64,000 nucleotides of DNA, from NCBI GenBank assembly GCA_046346715.1, contig JAXMHO010000002.1, positions 83,059-147,058 of the forward strand, in the 5' to 3' direction. This document shows positions 36,141 to 44,661 of this stretch, one piece after another. Position 1 is the first letter of the stretch. Each line of letters starts with the position of its first letter. The stretch comes from Verrucomicrobiota bacterium. GTDB lineage: Bacteria; Verrucomicrobiota; Verrucomicrobiia; Limisphaerales; CAIQOK01. Both the position numbers and the translations under genes were made by a program. The notes below the pieces were generated by a model. The model saw nothing but the letters and a program-made list of their open reading frames with translations. It ran no database searches and had not been told where the DNA came from.

Positions 36141-37211
36141 ATGCGTGTGCCATCTCTGAATTTTCTCCGAACCCTCGTCAACACCCCCAGCCCCACCGGC
36201 CATGAAGTCCGCGGCCAGCGCGTTTGGCTCGATTACGCCGGCAAGTTCGCCGACAAGACCTTCTCCGACGCCTACGGCAACTGCGTCGCCGTGCTGAACG
36301 AAGGCGGCGGGCCGCGCGTCATGCTCGCCGCGCACGCGGATGAAATCGCCATGGCGGTCAATTACATCGACGACAACGGCTTCATCTACGTCCGACGCAT
36401 GGGCGGTGTCGATGCCGCGATCACCAAGGCGCAGCGGGTGGTCATCCACACCCGCAACGGCCCGGTCAAGGGCGTCGTCGGCAATGTCGCACCGCACCTG
36501 ACCAGCAAGGAAGGCGACGCCAAGCCGCCGAAGATCCATGATATCTTCATCGACATCGGCGTGAGCAGCCGCAAGGACGCCGAGGAGGTCTTGCGGGTCG
36601 GCGACCCCATCACGCTGACGGATGAGTTCGATGTTTTGCGCGGCGACCTCGCGGTGGCACGGGCGTTTGACAACCGCATCGGCACCTGGGCCGTGGCGGA
36701 AACGCTCCGGCTGTTGAAGGAATCCAAGGCGAAGCTCCACGTCGAGGTGTGCGCCGTCTCAAACGTGCAGGAGGAAGTCGGCCTGCTCGGCGCGCGGCAG
36801 ATCGCCTACTCGCTCAAGCCGGACGTCGCGCTCGTGGTGGACGTCACGCACGCGACGGATTATCCGACGGTGAGCAAGGCCCAGCACGGCGACATCAAAA
36901 TCGGCGCCGGCCCGGCGCTGACCCACGGCGGCTGCAATCATCCCGAGGTGGTGAAGCGGTTGGAGGAAGTGGCCGCGGCGAAGAAGATTCCCCTGCAGCA
37001 CGAGGCGATGTCCGCCACCAGCGGCACGGACACCGACGTGATTTTCTGGACGCGCGGCGGCATCGCCAGCGCCTTGATCAGCCTGCCGAACCGTTACATG
37101 CACTCGCCCGTCGAGGTCGTGAGCCTGAAGGATCTGGAGCTGATTCCGCAGTTGATGGCGGCCTTCGTGCAGTCCATCCGCAAGGGCGACCAGTTCAAGG
37201 TGAAGATTTGA
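36141..37211 (+). CDS. M42 family metallopeptidase (FrvX/CelM-like aminopeptidase)
   Basis: 356 aa. TPSPTGHE, LAAHADEIA, NVQEEVGLLGA, VDVTHATD. Confidence 0.8.
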   Translation: MRVPSLNFLRTLVNTPSPTGHEVRGQRVWLDYAGKFADKTFSDAYGNCVAVLNEGGGPRVMLAAHADEIAMAVNYIDDNGFIYVRRMGGVDAAITKAQRVVIHTRNGPVKGVVGNVAPHLTSKEGDAKPPKIHDIFIDIGVSSRKDAEEVLRVGDPITLTDEFDVLRGDLAVARAFDNRIGTWAVAETLRLLKESKAKLHVEVCAVSNVQEEVGLLGARQIAYSLKPDVALVVDVTHATDYPTVSKAQHGDIKIGAGPALTHGGCNHPEVVKRLEEVAAAKKIPLQHEAMSATSGTDTDVIFWTRGGIASALISLPNRYMHSPVEVVSLKDLELIPQLMAAFVQSIRKGDQFKVKI

Positions 37212-37226
37212 ATGAAACCATTCTAT

Positions 37227-37736
37227 TTAATCCCAAAAATTAAAAACAAGATCACCGAGTCTGGTCGGATTCCAATATCGCATCTGGTCCAGCTCTGCTG
37301 GTCCTAATTTTAAAATCATCGTAGGAGAAATCCCTGCTTCCGCCTCGGCCCGAGTCATAATCGTAAATTTCTTTTTAAAGTCATCGGCGGCATAAGGACA
37401 ATCAAGAAAGCGAACTCGCAAGTCACCTGGTCTTCTAACTGGCTGCGCAAACGCAACGATTGGAAAATGAGCATTGCAAAGAATGCTAATCCCCTCTGAT
37501 TCTCCGGTTGAAAGCTTAACATGCACCTCATGGAAGTTCGGGGTCACTTCAGCATAAGCACGACGTGTGTAAACAATGCCTCCCCGCAACCGACGGACGA
37601 GTGACTGACATGGCAACTCAAACGACTCAATCGAAACCAATTTTTCTGGAGCATCAAATCCCGTGACTCCTTTAGGTAGTGTTTCCATAAGATAACTGGC
37701 TTCGGCTATCGTGCCACCACATAGCTTGACACTCAA
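37227..37736 (-). CDS. hypothetical protein in an AT-rich islet
   Basis: 169-aa ORF with no motif I recognise (ends ...RYWNPTRLGDLVFNFWD). Region 37212-37762 is visibly AT-richer than both flanks. An alternative start is METLPKG. Confidence 0.45.
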   Translation of the reverse strand: MSVKLCGGTIAEASYLMETLPKGVTGFDAPEKLVSIESFELPCQSLVRRLRGGIVYTRRAYAEVTPNFHEVHVKLSTGESEGISILCNAHFPIVAFAQPVRRPGDLRVRFLDCPYAADDFKKKFTIMTRAEAEAGISPTMILKLGPAELDQMRYWNPTRLGDLVFNFWD

Positions 37737-37762
37737 CCTTCAACCTTGAACCTTCGACGCCG

Positions 37763-40669
37763 ATGATCGCCCGCGTCACGCTGGAGCTCGCGCTTCGCAA
37801 GGAGTTCGACTACGCCATCCCCGCCGAACTGGCCGGCCAGGTGGACGTGGGCAGCCGTGTGCAGGTGCCGTTCGGTCCGCGCAAGGTGCTGGGCGTGGTG
37901 ACGGCCGTCGCCGAAGAATCCGCGCACGCAAAACTGCGGAGCATCATCAAGATCATCGGCGCGCAGACGCTCGTCACCCCCAAGGTGCTGAAGCTCGCGC
38001 GGTGGATTGGCGAATACTACTGCTGCGCGCCGGAGATCGCCTTGAAAAGCGTGCTGCCCGAAGCCGTGCGCAAGGAGGAGGCGGGCTGGCGGGAACGCCT
38101 GTTTGTGCGGGCCTTGCCGCTCGTTGGCGAAACACCCGCGCTGGCCAAGCGGCAGCTGGAAGTGTGGAACCTGATTCAAGAACGCCGCGAACTGCCCTTG
38201 CAGGAACTGCTCGAACTCGCCAACACCACCGCGTCCACCGTGCGTCGACTGGAAGACAAGGGGCTGGTGTCCATCACAACGGAAATTTCCGAACGCGATC
38301 CCTACGCGCGTGAAACCATCCTGCCGACCCAGCCGCTGGCCGTGAATCCCGCGCAGGCGAACGCGCTGGAAAAGATCAAGGCGGCGATGGGTGGAACCGG
38401 CGTCTCGCCGGTTGTTGCGGGCGTCCCGCCAGCAACCGTTCCGGCGGGTAATATCGCTCCTGCGATAACGGAGATGACTGCGCGTCGCGGGTTGATGCCT
38501 CATTTTGAAATTCCCGGAAAAACTTACCACGTCACCTGGCGCACCCGTGGAAACCTGAAGCTCTCCCCGGAGGCCTGTCAAAAGACCTTGGACGCCTGCG
38601 TTCATTGGCACGGTCGGAAAATGCGCTGTTACCTGGCGTGCGTGATGCCCGACCATGTTCACCTGCTCATTCAGCCTTTGCCCGTTCAGAAATCCGTGAG
38701 CACGGAGGTGCATTCGCTTTCGGAAATCCTTCACAGCATCAAATCCTTTTCGGCGCACGAGTCCAACCGGGTGATGAACCGCATCGGTCCGCTCTGGCAG
38801 GACGAGTCGTATGACCGCATGATTCGCTCGGAAAGCGACCTGCACGAAAAGTGGAATTACATCTGGAACAATCCACGGGACGCCCGACTGGTCGGCCCGA
38901 CGGAGGAATACCCTTTCCTTTGGATGCCGGCACCGGGTGTTCCTCCTGGCGGACAAGGAACCTCCGGGACTTCGGAACAACCACAGGCATCTCCTTCACC
39001 GCAGCACGAAATTCGGCGGGACGCCGAATTTAACCCGCGGGACGCGGGTGCTACCTCTAAAGATTCCCGCACTTTCCTCCTTCACGGCGTCACCGGCTCG
39101 GGCAAGACGGAGGTGTATTTGCAGGCCATCGCCCATGCGCTGGAACAGGGCAAGGGCGCGATTGTGCTGGTGCCGGAAATTTCCCTGACACCGCAGACGG
39201 TGGAACGCTTCAAGGCGCGTTTCAGCTCCGGCCCGCTGCAAACACTGGTCGCGGTGCTGCACTCACATCTCTCCGGCGGCGAGCGTCACGACGAATGGCA
39301 CAAAATCCGCCAGGGTCGCGCCCGCATTGTGATCGGCGCGCGCTCGGCGATCTTCGCGCCGGTGGAGCCGCTCGGGCTGGTGATCGTGGACGAGGAACAC
39401 GAGCACACCTACAAGCAGGAGGAGGCGCCGCGTTATCATGCCCGCGACGTCGCCATCATGCGCGGCCAGATGGAAGGCGCGGTGGTGGTGCTCGGTTCCG
39501 CGACGCCGTCGCTGGAAAGTTTTTACAACTGCAAGAAGGGCAAGTTCACCCTGCTGGACCTGCCCGAGCGGGTGGACGATCAGAAAATGCCGCACGTCCG
39601 GGTGGTGGACATGCGCCAGGGCGCGGCCAGTGAAAAGGGCGGGCTGATCTTTTCACCGCAGCTCAAGGAGGCAATGCAGCAACGGCTCGAACGCGGCGAG
39701 CAGACCATTTTGTTTTTAAATCGCCGGGGCTATTCCAGCTCGCTGCAATGTCCGAAATGCGGCTTCGTGGCCGAATGCCCGAACTGCAGCATCTCGCTCA
39801 CGTATCATCGCCAGGAGCAAAAGCTCCGCTGCCACATCTGCGGCCATGCCGATCCCGCGCCGAAGGTCTGCCCGAACACGGCCTGCCGGAACCCGGAGAT
39901 TCGTTACGCCGGACTGGGCACGCAAAAGGTCGAGGACACCTTGAACAAGCTCTTTCCCAAGGCGCGCGTAACGCGGATGGATGCCGACACCATGAAGCAC
40001 AAGGAGGATTACCGGAAAATCCTCGGCGAGTTCCGCGCCGGCCGGATCGACATTCTCGTCGGCACGCAGATGATCGCCAAGGGCCTGCATTTTCCCAACG
40101 TCACGCTGGTCGGAATCATCTATGCCGACCTGGCGCTGCATCAGCCCGACTTCCGCGCCGGCGAACGGACGTTTCAACTGCTCACCCAGGTTGCCGGACG
40201 CGCGGGCCGTGGGGACATCGAAGGCGAAGTCTTCGTGCAGGCGTTCACGCCGTTTCATCCGGCCATTCAATTTGCCCGGCGCCATGACTTCGTGGGATTT
40301 TACGAGCAGGAGCTGGAGTTCCGGCAGCAGCTCAAGTATCCGCCCTTTGCCCGCGTGGCGCTGCTCACCCTGAAAGGCCGCAACGAGGAGAAGGTGAAGC
40401 TCTCGGCCGACCACGTGAAAAAGGAAATCGAAGCGCGTCTGCCCGGCTCGGCAAACAAAGCCGGCGGCAATCTGCTGCCGGCGGATGTGACGATTTCCGG
40501 CCCGGCCCCGGCGCCGTTGCTGAAAGCAGAGACCTATTATCGCCACCAAATTCTGCTGCGCACCCAGCGCATGAGCGCGCTCAGCCAGGGATTGGCCGGC
40601 ATCATCCAGAACCTGTCGCTGCCCGAAGATGTCACGCTGGCCGTGGACATCGACCCGGTGGGGTTCTAG
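37763..40669 (+). CDS. priA: primosomal replication-restart helicase PriA carrying an internal RAYT-like insertion
   Basis: 968 aa. N-terminal 3'-DNA-binding/winged-helix part (MIARVTLELALRKEFDYAIP...). Helicase motifs GVTGSGKTEVY, VIVDEEHE, GSATPS. Cys-rich zinc region CPKCGF..CPNCS...CHICGH...CPNTAC. QVAGRAGR. An extra ~220 residues sit between aa ~210 and the Walker A motif. Confidence 0.9.
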   Translation: MIARVTLELALRKEFDYAIPAELAGQVDVGSRVQVPFGPRKVLGVVTAVAEESAHAKLRSIIKIIGAQTLVTPKVLKLARWIGEYYCCAPEIALKSVLPEAVRKEEAGWRERLFVRALPLVGETPALAKRQLEVWNLIQERRELPLQELLELANTTASTVRRLEDKGLVSITTEISERDPYARETILPTQPLAVNPAQANALEKIKAAMGGTGVSPVVAGVPPATVPAGNIAPAITEMTARRGLMPHFEIPGKTYHVTWRTRGNLKLSPEACQKTLDACVHWHGRKMRCYLACVMPDHVHLLIQPLPVQKSVSTEVHSLSEILHSIKSFSAHESNRVMNRIGPLWQDESYDRMIRSESDLHEKWNYIWNNPRDARLVGPTEEYPFLWMPAPGVPPGGQGTSGTSEQPQASPSPQHEIRRDAEFNPRDAGATSKDSRTFLLHGVTGSGKTEVYLQAIAHALEQGKGAIVLVPEISLTPQTVERFKARFSSGPLQTLVAVLHSHLSGGERHDEWHKIRQGRARIVIGARSAIFAPVEPLGLVIVDEEHEHTYKQEEAPRYHARDVAIMRGQMEGAVVVLGSATPSLESFYNCKKGKFTLLDLPERVDDQKMPHVRVVDMRQGAASEKGGLIFSPQLKEAMQQRLERGEQTILFLNRRGYSSSLQCPKCGFVAECPNCSISLTYHRQEQKLRCHICGHADPAPKVCPNTACRNPEIRYAGLGTQKVEDTLNKLFPKARVTRMDADTMKHKEDYRKILGEFRAGRIDILVGTQMIAKGLHFPNVTLVGIIYADLALHQPDFRAGERTFQLLTQVAGRAGRGDIEGEVFVQAFTPFHPAIQFARRHDFVGFYEQELEFRQQLKYPPFARVALLTLKGRNEEKVKLSADHVKKEIEARLPGSANKAGGNLLPADVTISGPAPAPLLKAETYYRHQILLRTQRMSALSQGLAGIIQNLSLPEDVTLAVDIDPVGF
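38391..39055 (+). mobile_element. REP-RAYT-REP module (IS200/IS605-like Y1 HUH transposase domain flanked by inverted REP hairpins), in-frame within priA
   Basis: Own Met and RAYT-like N-terminus MTARRGLMPHFEIPGKTYHVTWRT, HUH motif MPDHVHLLIQP, Tyr helix LWQDESYDRMIRSE, and C-terminus YIWNNPRDARLVGPTEEYPFLWM. Left hairpins: GTGG-AACCGGCG-TCT-CGCCGGTT and GTTGCGGGCG-TCC-CGCCAGCAAC. Right hairpins: ATTCGGCG-GGA-CGCCGAAT and ACCCGCG-GGA-CGCGGGT-GCTACC. Confidence 0.75.
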
Positions 40670-40673
40670 CGGC

Positions 40674-41225
40674 TCAGGACTGAGCCGGACGCAAAATCCA
40701 TTCCGCCACTTCCGCCAGACCGTCCGCCACGACGGCGTCCCGCAGTTGGCCGGCGGATTCGCGTTCCACCTTTGCGCCGTAGCCGGTGCGGACGAGAAAG
40801 CTTTTCCGCACCCCGGCGTTCCAGCCGCATTCCAAGTCGATCAGCTTGTCCCCGACCATGTAGCTCCGGGCGAGGTCGAGCTGAAACTCATCCCGGGCGT
40901 CGAAGAGAAACTGCGGGGAAGGCTTGCGTCCGTGGCTGGGCTGGTCCGGCGCTTCCGGGGCGATGTAAATCTTCTCGAAACGAACACCCTCGCGGGCCAG
41001 TTCCTGACTGAGATGCGCGTTGACCCGGTCCACGTCCGCCAGGGTGAAATAGCCGCGGCCGACCCCGGACTGGTTGGACACGATGAACAGCCTGAAGCCC
41101 GCCTCCGTCAATCGCCGCAATGCTTGGGCGGCCCCGGGGAAAATGACGACATCCTCCGGACGGCAGAGATAGTTCTTCTCGGCAATCAAGGTTCCATCAC
41201 GGTCCAGAAACACGGCGGCATGCAT
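40674..41225 (-). CDS. gmhB: D-glycero-D-manno-heptose 1,7-bisphosphate phosphatase (HAD-IIIA)
   Basis: Track ORF runs to 41336; ATG 41225 gives MHAAVFLDRDGTLI (HAD motif I). VSNQSGVGRG, RKPSP, VGDKLIDLECG. Confidence 0.8.
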   Translation of the reverse strand: MHAAVFLDRDGTLIAEKNYLCRPEDVVIFPGAAQALRRLTEAGFRLFIVSNQSGVGRGYFTLADVDRVNAHLSQELAREGVRFEKIYIAPEAPDQPSHGRKPSPQFLFDARDEFQLDLARSYMVGDKLIDLECGWNAGVRKSFLVRTGYGAKVERESAGQLRDAVVADGLAEVAEWILRPAQS

Positions 41226-41325
41226 GCGGCCAGTGTCAGGAAGGCGGGCGGACAGGAAAAGCCAAAAGACCGGGGGTGTCCGCAACCAAAACTTCCGGTT
41301 GGTGTTTAAGCCTTCATCCGATATA

Positions 41326-42171
41326 ATGAAGACCATGAAGCGCAGTGGAAAAACCTTCGTCCTCGCGTTGAGCGCCGTGCTGTTCGGCCAGGCGGCCGGG
41401 GCGGTCAGCGCCGACTCCAGCCCCTACCGCGGCATTGTCGAGCGCAACATTTTCAATGTCCACGCGGCCCCGCCGGTGGCGGCGGTTGACCCCCAAAGCC
41501 TCCTGCCGCCTCCGCCCAACGTGAAGCTGCAGGGCATCACCGACATCCTTGGGCGCAAACAGGTGCTCTTCAAGGTGCAGCTGCCGGCCAAACCCGGCGC
41601 CGCCGGCAAGGAGGAATCCTACATCCTGACCGTGGGCGAACGGCAGGGAGAGATCGAAGTCCTCGACATCAATCCCAAGGCCGGCACGGTCCGCATGCGC
41701 AACTACGGCGTGGAGACCAATCTCAGCCTGGAATTGAACAGCGACAAGCTGGTCAACACCGCGCCGGTCGCCCCGCCGCCCGGCCAGCCCAATCCCGGCA
41801 CGATGGCCGCTCCCGGCACGCTCGCGCCGCCGCCGGCCATGCCCGGCCTTCCGCCCGGCAAGTTTCCCCGCACCTTGAGGCTGCCCGGCACCAATCCCGG
41901 CAATCCCGGCGGCACACCTGACTCGTCCTCCTTGAACAATTACGGCGGCGCCAATTACGCCAACAACGCCCAGGCCCAGCAGCAGGCGGACACGGACCAT
42001 CTTACCCAGGTGGCGAATCTCGCGGTGCAGAAGCGCCTGGCCGAACAATCCAAGGACCGCCGCATTCAAGCCATGGCTCCCATCATCCCGATGCCGGCCG
42101 AGCTTCAAGGCGAGATGGACGGCAACAACAATCAGCCGAACAACACGCCGCAGCTGCCTCCCGGTTTCTGA
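41326..42171 (+). CDS. secreted Pro/Gly/Asn-rich low-complexity protein
   Basis: ATG 41326 gives signal peptide MKTMKRSGKTFVLALSAVLFGQAAGA. The C-terminal half is proline-rich. No recognised domain. Confidence 0.5.
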   Translation: MKTMKRSGKTFVLALSAVLFGQAAGAVSADSSPYRGIVERNIFNVHAAPPVAAVDPQSLLPPPPNVKLQGITDILGRKQVLFKVQLPAKPGAAGKEESYILTVGERQGEIEVLDINPKAGTVRMRNYGVETNLSLELNSDKLVNTAPVAPPPGQPNPGTMAAPGTLAPPPAMPGLPPGKFPRTLRLPGTNPGNPGGTPDSSSLNNYGGANYANNAQAQQQADTDHLTQVANLAVQKRLAEQSKDRRIQAMAPIIPMPAELQGEMDGNNNQPNNTPQLPPGF

Positions 42172-42240
42172 AGCGGTTTCCCTTCCCTGAACGTTTGGTT
42201 TCCTGGAGCTGACCTGCTCCTCCCTTTCCCTTTTCTGACT

Positions 42241-42341
42241 GGCGGCAGGATGCCGCTTTACTGGCACGCTGGAAGCGTGCCGCTACCTGCTGCCGTAGCG
42301 GCGGACATCCTGGCTGCCAGTGACGGCAGCTTCCAGCTGCC
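42241..42341. repeat. cluster of four REP-type hairpins with alternating orientation
   Basis: GGCGGCA-GGA-TGCCGC (42241-56); GGCACGC-TGGAA-GCGTGCC-GCTACC (42263-87); GTAG-CGGCGGACA-TCC-TGGCTGCC (42295-42319, imperfect); GGCAGCT-TCC-AGCTGCC (42325-41). A further GCGGC-AAC-GCCGC-CCTACC lies at 42391-42409. Confidence 0.7.
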
Positions 42342-42477
42342 GGTTTGGTTGCGACAACTGATGTCAGACAGGCTACACGCGTTTAAAGGAGCGGCAACGC
42401 CGCCCTACCATGTCGCCGCCGCCGCCCTAGCGTTTGCAGCCGGAGACGTGGGCCGGTGTATTTCTCAAATCGCCGCG

Positions 42478-44307
42478 TCACGGCGTGGTCGTGGTGATCC
42501 GCATGATCAATCCGTTCGTGATGAAAAAGGTCGAACCGCCGATCACCACGTTGGTTGTCAGGGCCGATGGCAGGTTGCCGGTGGAAATTTTCCCCGCCAG
42601 ATTCGTCGCCGGCAGATTTGAGAGCCGGGAACCGTTGCCGATGATCGCGCCGCCCACGGTCAGGGTGTTCTTCACCGTGACGTTCTTTTGATCGTCCACC
42701 CGCAGAAGATAACGCCCCGGATCGACCGATACCGTGCTCGCGTCGGCGAATCCCCACAGGGTTCCCGTTTGTTGCTGGTCCATGCCGCCGCCGACCGTCT
42801 TCTGCGAGCTGTTTTGCGTCACGGTCCAGCGGCCGCTGTTGTTGACCACCAAAGCCGCTCCCCAGCCTCCTCCGTTGAAGCTCTCCACCGCCAACGGTGC
42901 GGAATCATCCGAGTAGATGTGGCCCCCGCCCTCGATGTAGCCGCCTTGAATCAGATAGTTGCCCACGATGGAATTGAGCAAGGCCACGGAACACCGGCTC
43001 GCAATGAAATTGCCCCGCACGACCTGCGCCTCATAACCCATCCCGTCCATCAGCACGCTCGCACCCAGCGACGGCGTCTGGTTGGACGGCCAGCCGTTGG
43101 CGAACACGGTCAGTTCTCCGTTGTAATACGTCCCGATGTGCGTGAACTGGCAGTCTTCCACCGTCAGATGCGCGCAGCTCGCCCAGATGCCGTCGGCCAA
43201 TCCGCTGAAATGACAGCGATAAAACCGCGTGTTGTTCTCGTCCGTGCCCCAGACATGCGCGCCAATCACCTTGCAGGGCGCCTGGTTGGACGTGATCAGG
43301 TTCGGCGCGGTGGAGATGCCCCAGAGGGTGTTTCGGGCGTAGCCAAACCAAGTGAAATGACAATGCTCCACGTCCAGCACCGCGAACTCGGTCAGGTCCA
43401 GGATGGCGTTGGTCGTGTTTTGCTCGGCGACCAGCGCGCAGTCCCGCAGATACAGATGCAGCCGCGCGCCCTCGGGGTTGCTGTAGTTTCCCGTGGTGCG
43501 GATGCCCGGCCGGTTCAGATTGTTGAAACTCAGCTCGGTGGCAATCTCCCCCGCGCCTTCAATGATCAGGCTCGTGTAATAACGATTGTCCAGGTCCAGC
43601 GTCAGGTTCGTGTAAATCCCCGGACCTATCCGGATGCGGCCGCCGCGCGGCAGATTGTTCGTGAGAATGACCTTGGGCAGATAGTTGAACGCCTCCTGCA
43701 ATCCCGCCGTGGTCGTGCCGGGGGTGAAAGGACCAAACATCGCGTTGCTCTGCCCCACCGTGATCACCACGCCGTCGTAAAGGTTCGTCATGCCCAGTCC
43801 GTTGCCATTGAAGCTGCCGGCAAAGGTGTTCGTGGGATTCACCAGATTGACGGCGCTGGCGTAGGTGCCGGCCAGGCTGCCGCTCAGCAACGGCCCGGTG
43901 ACGGTGTTCGCAAAAGTCGCCGACGTGGCCGTGGCGGCGTAAATCGCATACGGCGACGGCGTCACCTGCTGGCGTGGCGACAGGAGGCTGAACGCTCCGC
44001 CGCCGTTGGTGCGGACTTCGACCTGCAACCAGCGCAGGGTTCCGATGAAGGCGCTTCCGCCGAAATTCAGCGACACGGTGAAAAGCCCGTTCGGCACGGC
44101 GACGCCGGCGTTCGTCACGGAGGGGCCGATCTGAAAGCCGTCGGTTTCCTGGGTGTAGAGCCGGAAGACGAAATCATAGGTGCCAACGGCGGGATTGCCG
44201 GCTTCGGTCAGCCGGCCTTGATAGGTGAACTGCGTGCCTTGACCGCGCAACGACGCAACGACGCCGAGAAACAGCAGGAGGCAAAGGAGATGGCGGAAGC
44301 TGGGCAC
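42478..44307 (-). CDS. secreted protein with a right-handed parallel beta-helix-like core
   Basis: 609 aa. Signal peptide MPSFRHLLCLLLFLGVVASLRG, an N-terminal FTYQGRL...GTYDFVFRLY module, and central repeats of pectate-lyase-fold character (CHFTWFG..., FYRCHFSG..., VEDCQFTH...). Confidence 0.55.
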   Translation of the reverse strand: MPSFRHLLCLLLFLGVVASLRGQGTQFTYQGRLTEAGNPAVGTYDFVFRLYTQETDGFQIGPSVTNAGVAVPNGLFTVSLNFGGSAFIGTLRWLQVEVRTNGGGAFSLLSPRQQVTPSPYAIYAATATSATFANTVTGPLLSGSLAGTYASAVNLVNPTNTFAGSFNGNGLGMTNLYDGVVITVGQSNAMFGPFTPGTTTAGLQEAFNYLPKVILTNNLPRGGRIRIGPGIYTNLTLDLDNRYYTSLIIEGAGEIATELSFNNLNRPGIRTTGNYSNPEGARLHLYLRDCALVAEQNTTNAILDLTEFAVLDVEHCHFTWFGYARNTLWGISTAPNLITSNQAPCKVIGAHVWGTDENNTRFYRCHFSGLADGIWASCAHLTVEDCQFTHIGTYYNGELTVFANGWPSNQTPSLGASVLMDGMGYEAQVVRGNFIASRCSVALLNSIVGNYLIQGGYIEGGGHIYSDDSAPLAVESFNGGGWGAALVVNNSGRWTVTQNSSQKTVGGGMDQQQTGTLWGFADASTVSVDPGRYLLRVDDQKNVTVKNTLTVGGAIIGNGSRLSNLPATNLAGKISTGNLPSALTTNVVIGGSTFFITNGLIMRITTTTP

Positions 44308-44430
44308 GGGACGATGCGGGTGTCAGGGTTGAGTCATTCGGCGCGATACCTTGCCGCCGGAAAGCCGAGTTGTCGAGTTTTCTGGTGATGTGTCTCGCTT
44401 GGTGGGGAGCAGAGTCCAGACGAAGTGTTT

Positions 44431-44494
44431 CTCACGCCATGGGCGCAAAGGACGCAAAGGTCTGCGGGTCTGCCTCGTTGCGACCTTTGCGTGA
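44431..44494. repeat. hairpin built from CGCAAAGG units
   Basis: CTCACGCCATGGGCGCAAAGGACGCAAAGGTC ... GACCTTTGCGTGAG. Stem GACGCAAAGGTC/GACCTTTGCGT. Confidence 0.6.
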
Positions 44495-44590
44495 GGCCAC
44501 AGCTAAACCGTGCCGGGGTTCAGGATGAACATGACGGCGGGGCGGTTGCGACGGTTCAGTGCAGCGCGGAATTTTTGAAGGCTATGGTGG

Positions 44591-44623
44591 AAAAGAAATA
44601 GCCCCGGAATTTCTTCCGGGGCT
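44591..44623 (-). terminator. rho-independent terminator of the PEP-CTERM protein gene
   Basis: Perfect 10-bp stem AGCCCCGGAA / TTCCGGGGCT with a 4-nt loop, followed on the minus strand by ATTTCTTTT. Lies 39 nt downstream of the stop at 44662. Confidence 0.8.
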
Positions 44624-44661
44624 AAAACTAACAATAACTAACAGGTGCTACCTGCTGATTA

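Noticed and set aside
37737-37762. Three tandem CAACCTT-like heptamers just upstream of priA
   Set aside because: Too short and degenerate to call a repeat feature or a regulator site. Noted only as the right-hand boundary of the AT-rich islet.
37733-38980. 415-aa minus-strand ORF antisense to the 5' half of priA, including the RAYT segment
   Set aside because: I checked whether the transposase might be encoded on the opposite strand as a separate gene. The HUH and Tyr motifs are on the plus strand, in the priA frame. The minus ORF has no motifs.
38391-39055. Intein hypothesis for the priA insertion
   Set aside because: There is no Cys/Ser/Thr at the N-junction, no His-Asn plus Cys/Ser/Thr at the C-junction, and no Hint or LAGLIDADG blocks. 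The content is HUH/Y1 transposase-like instead.
37763-40669. priA as a pseudogene disrupted by an IS200-like insertion
   Set aside because: The reading frame is continuous over 968 codons, with intact PriA motifs on both sides and no stop or frameshift. I therefore keep it as an intact CDS with an internal insertion, while flagging that the assembly should be verified.
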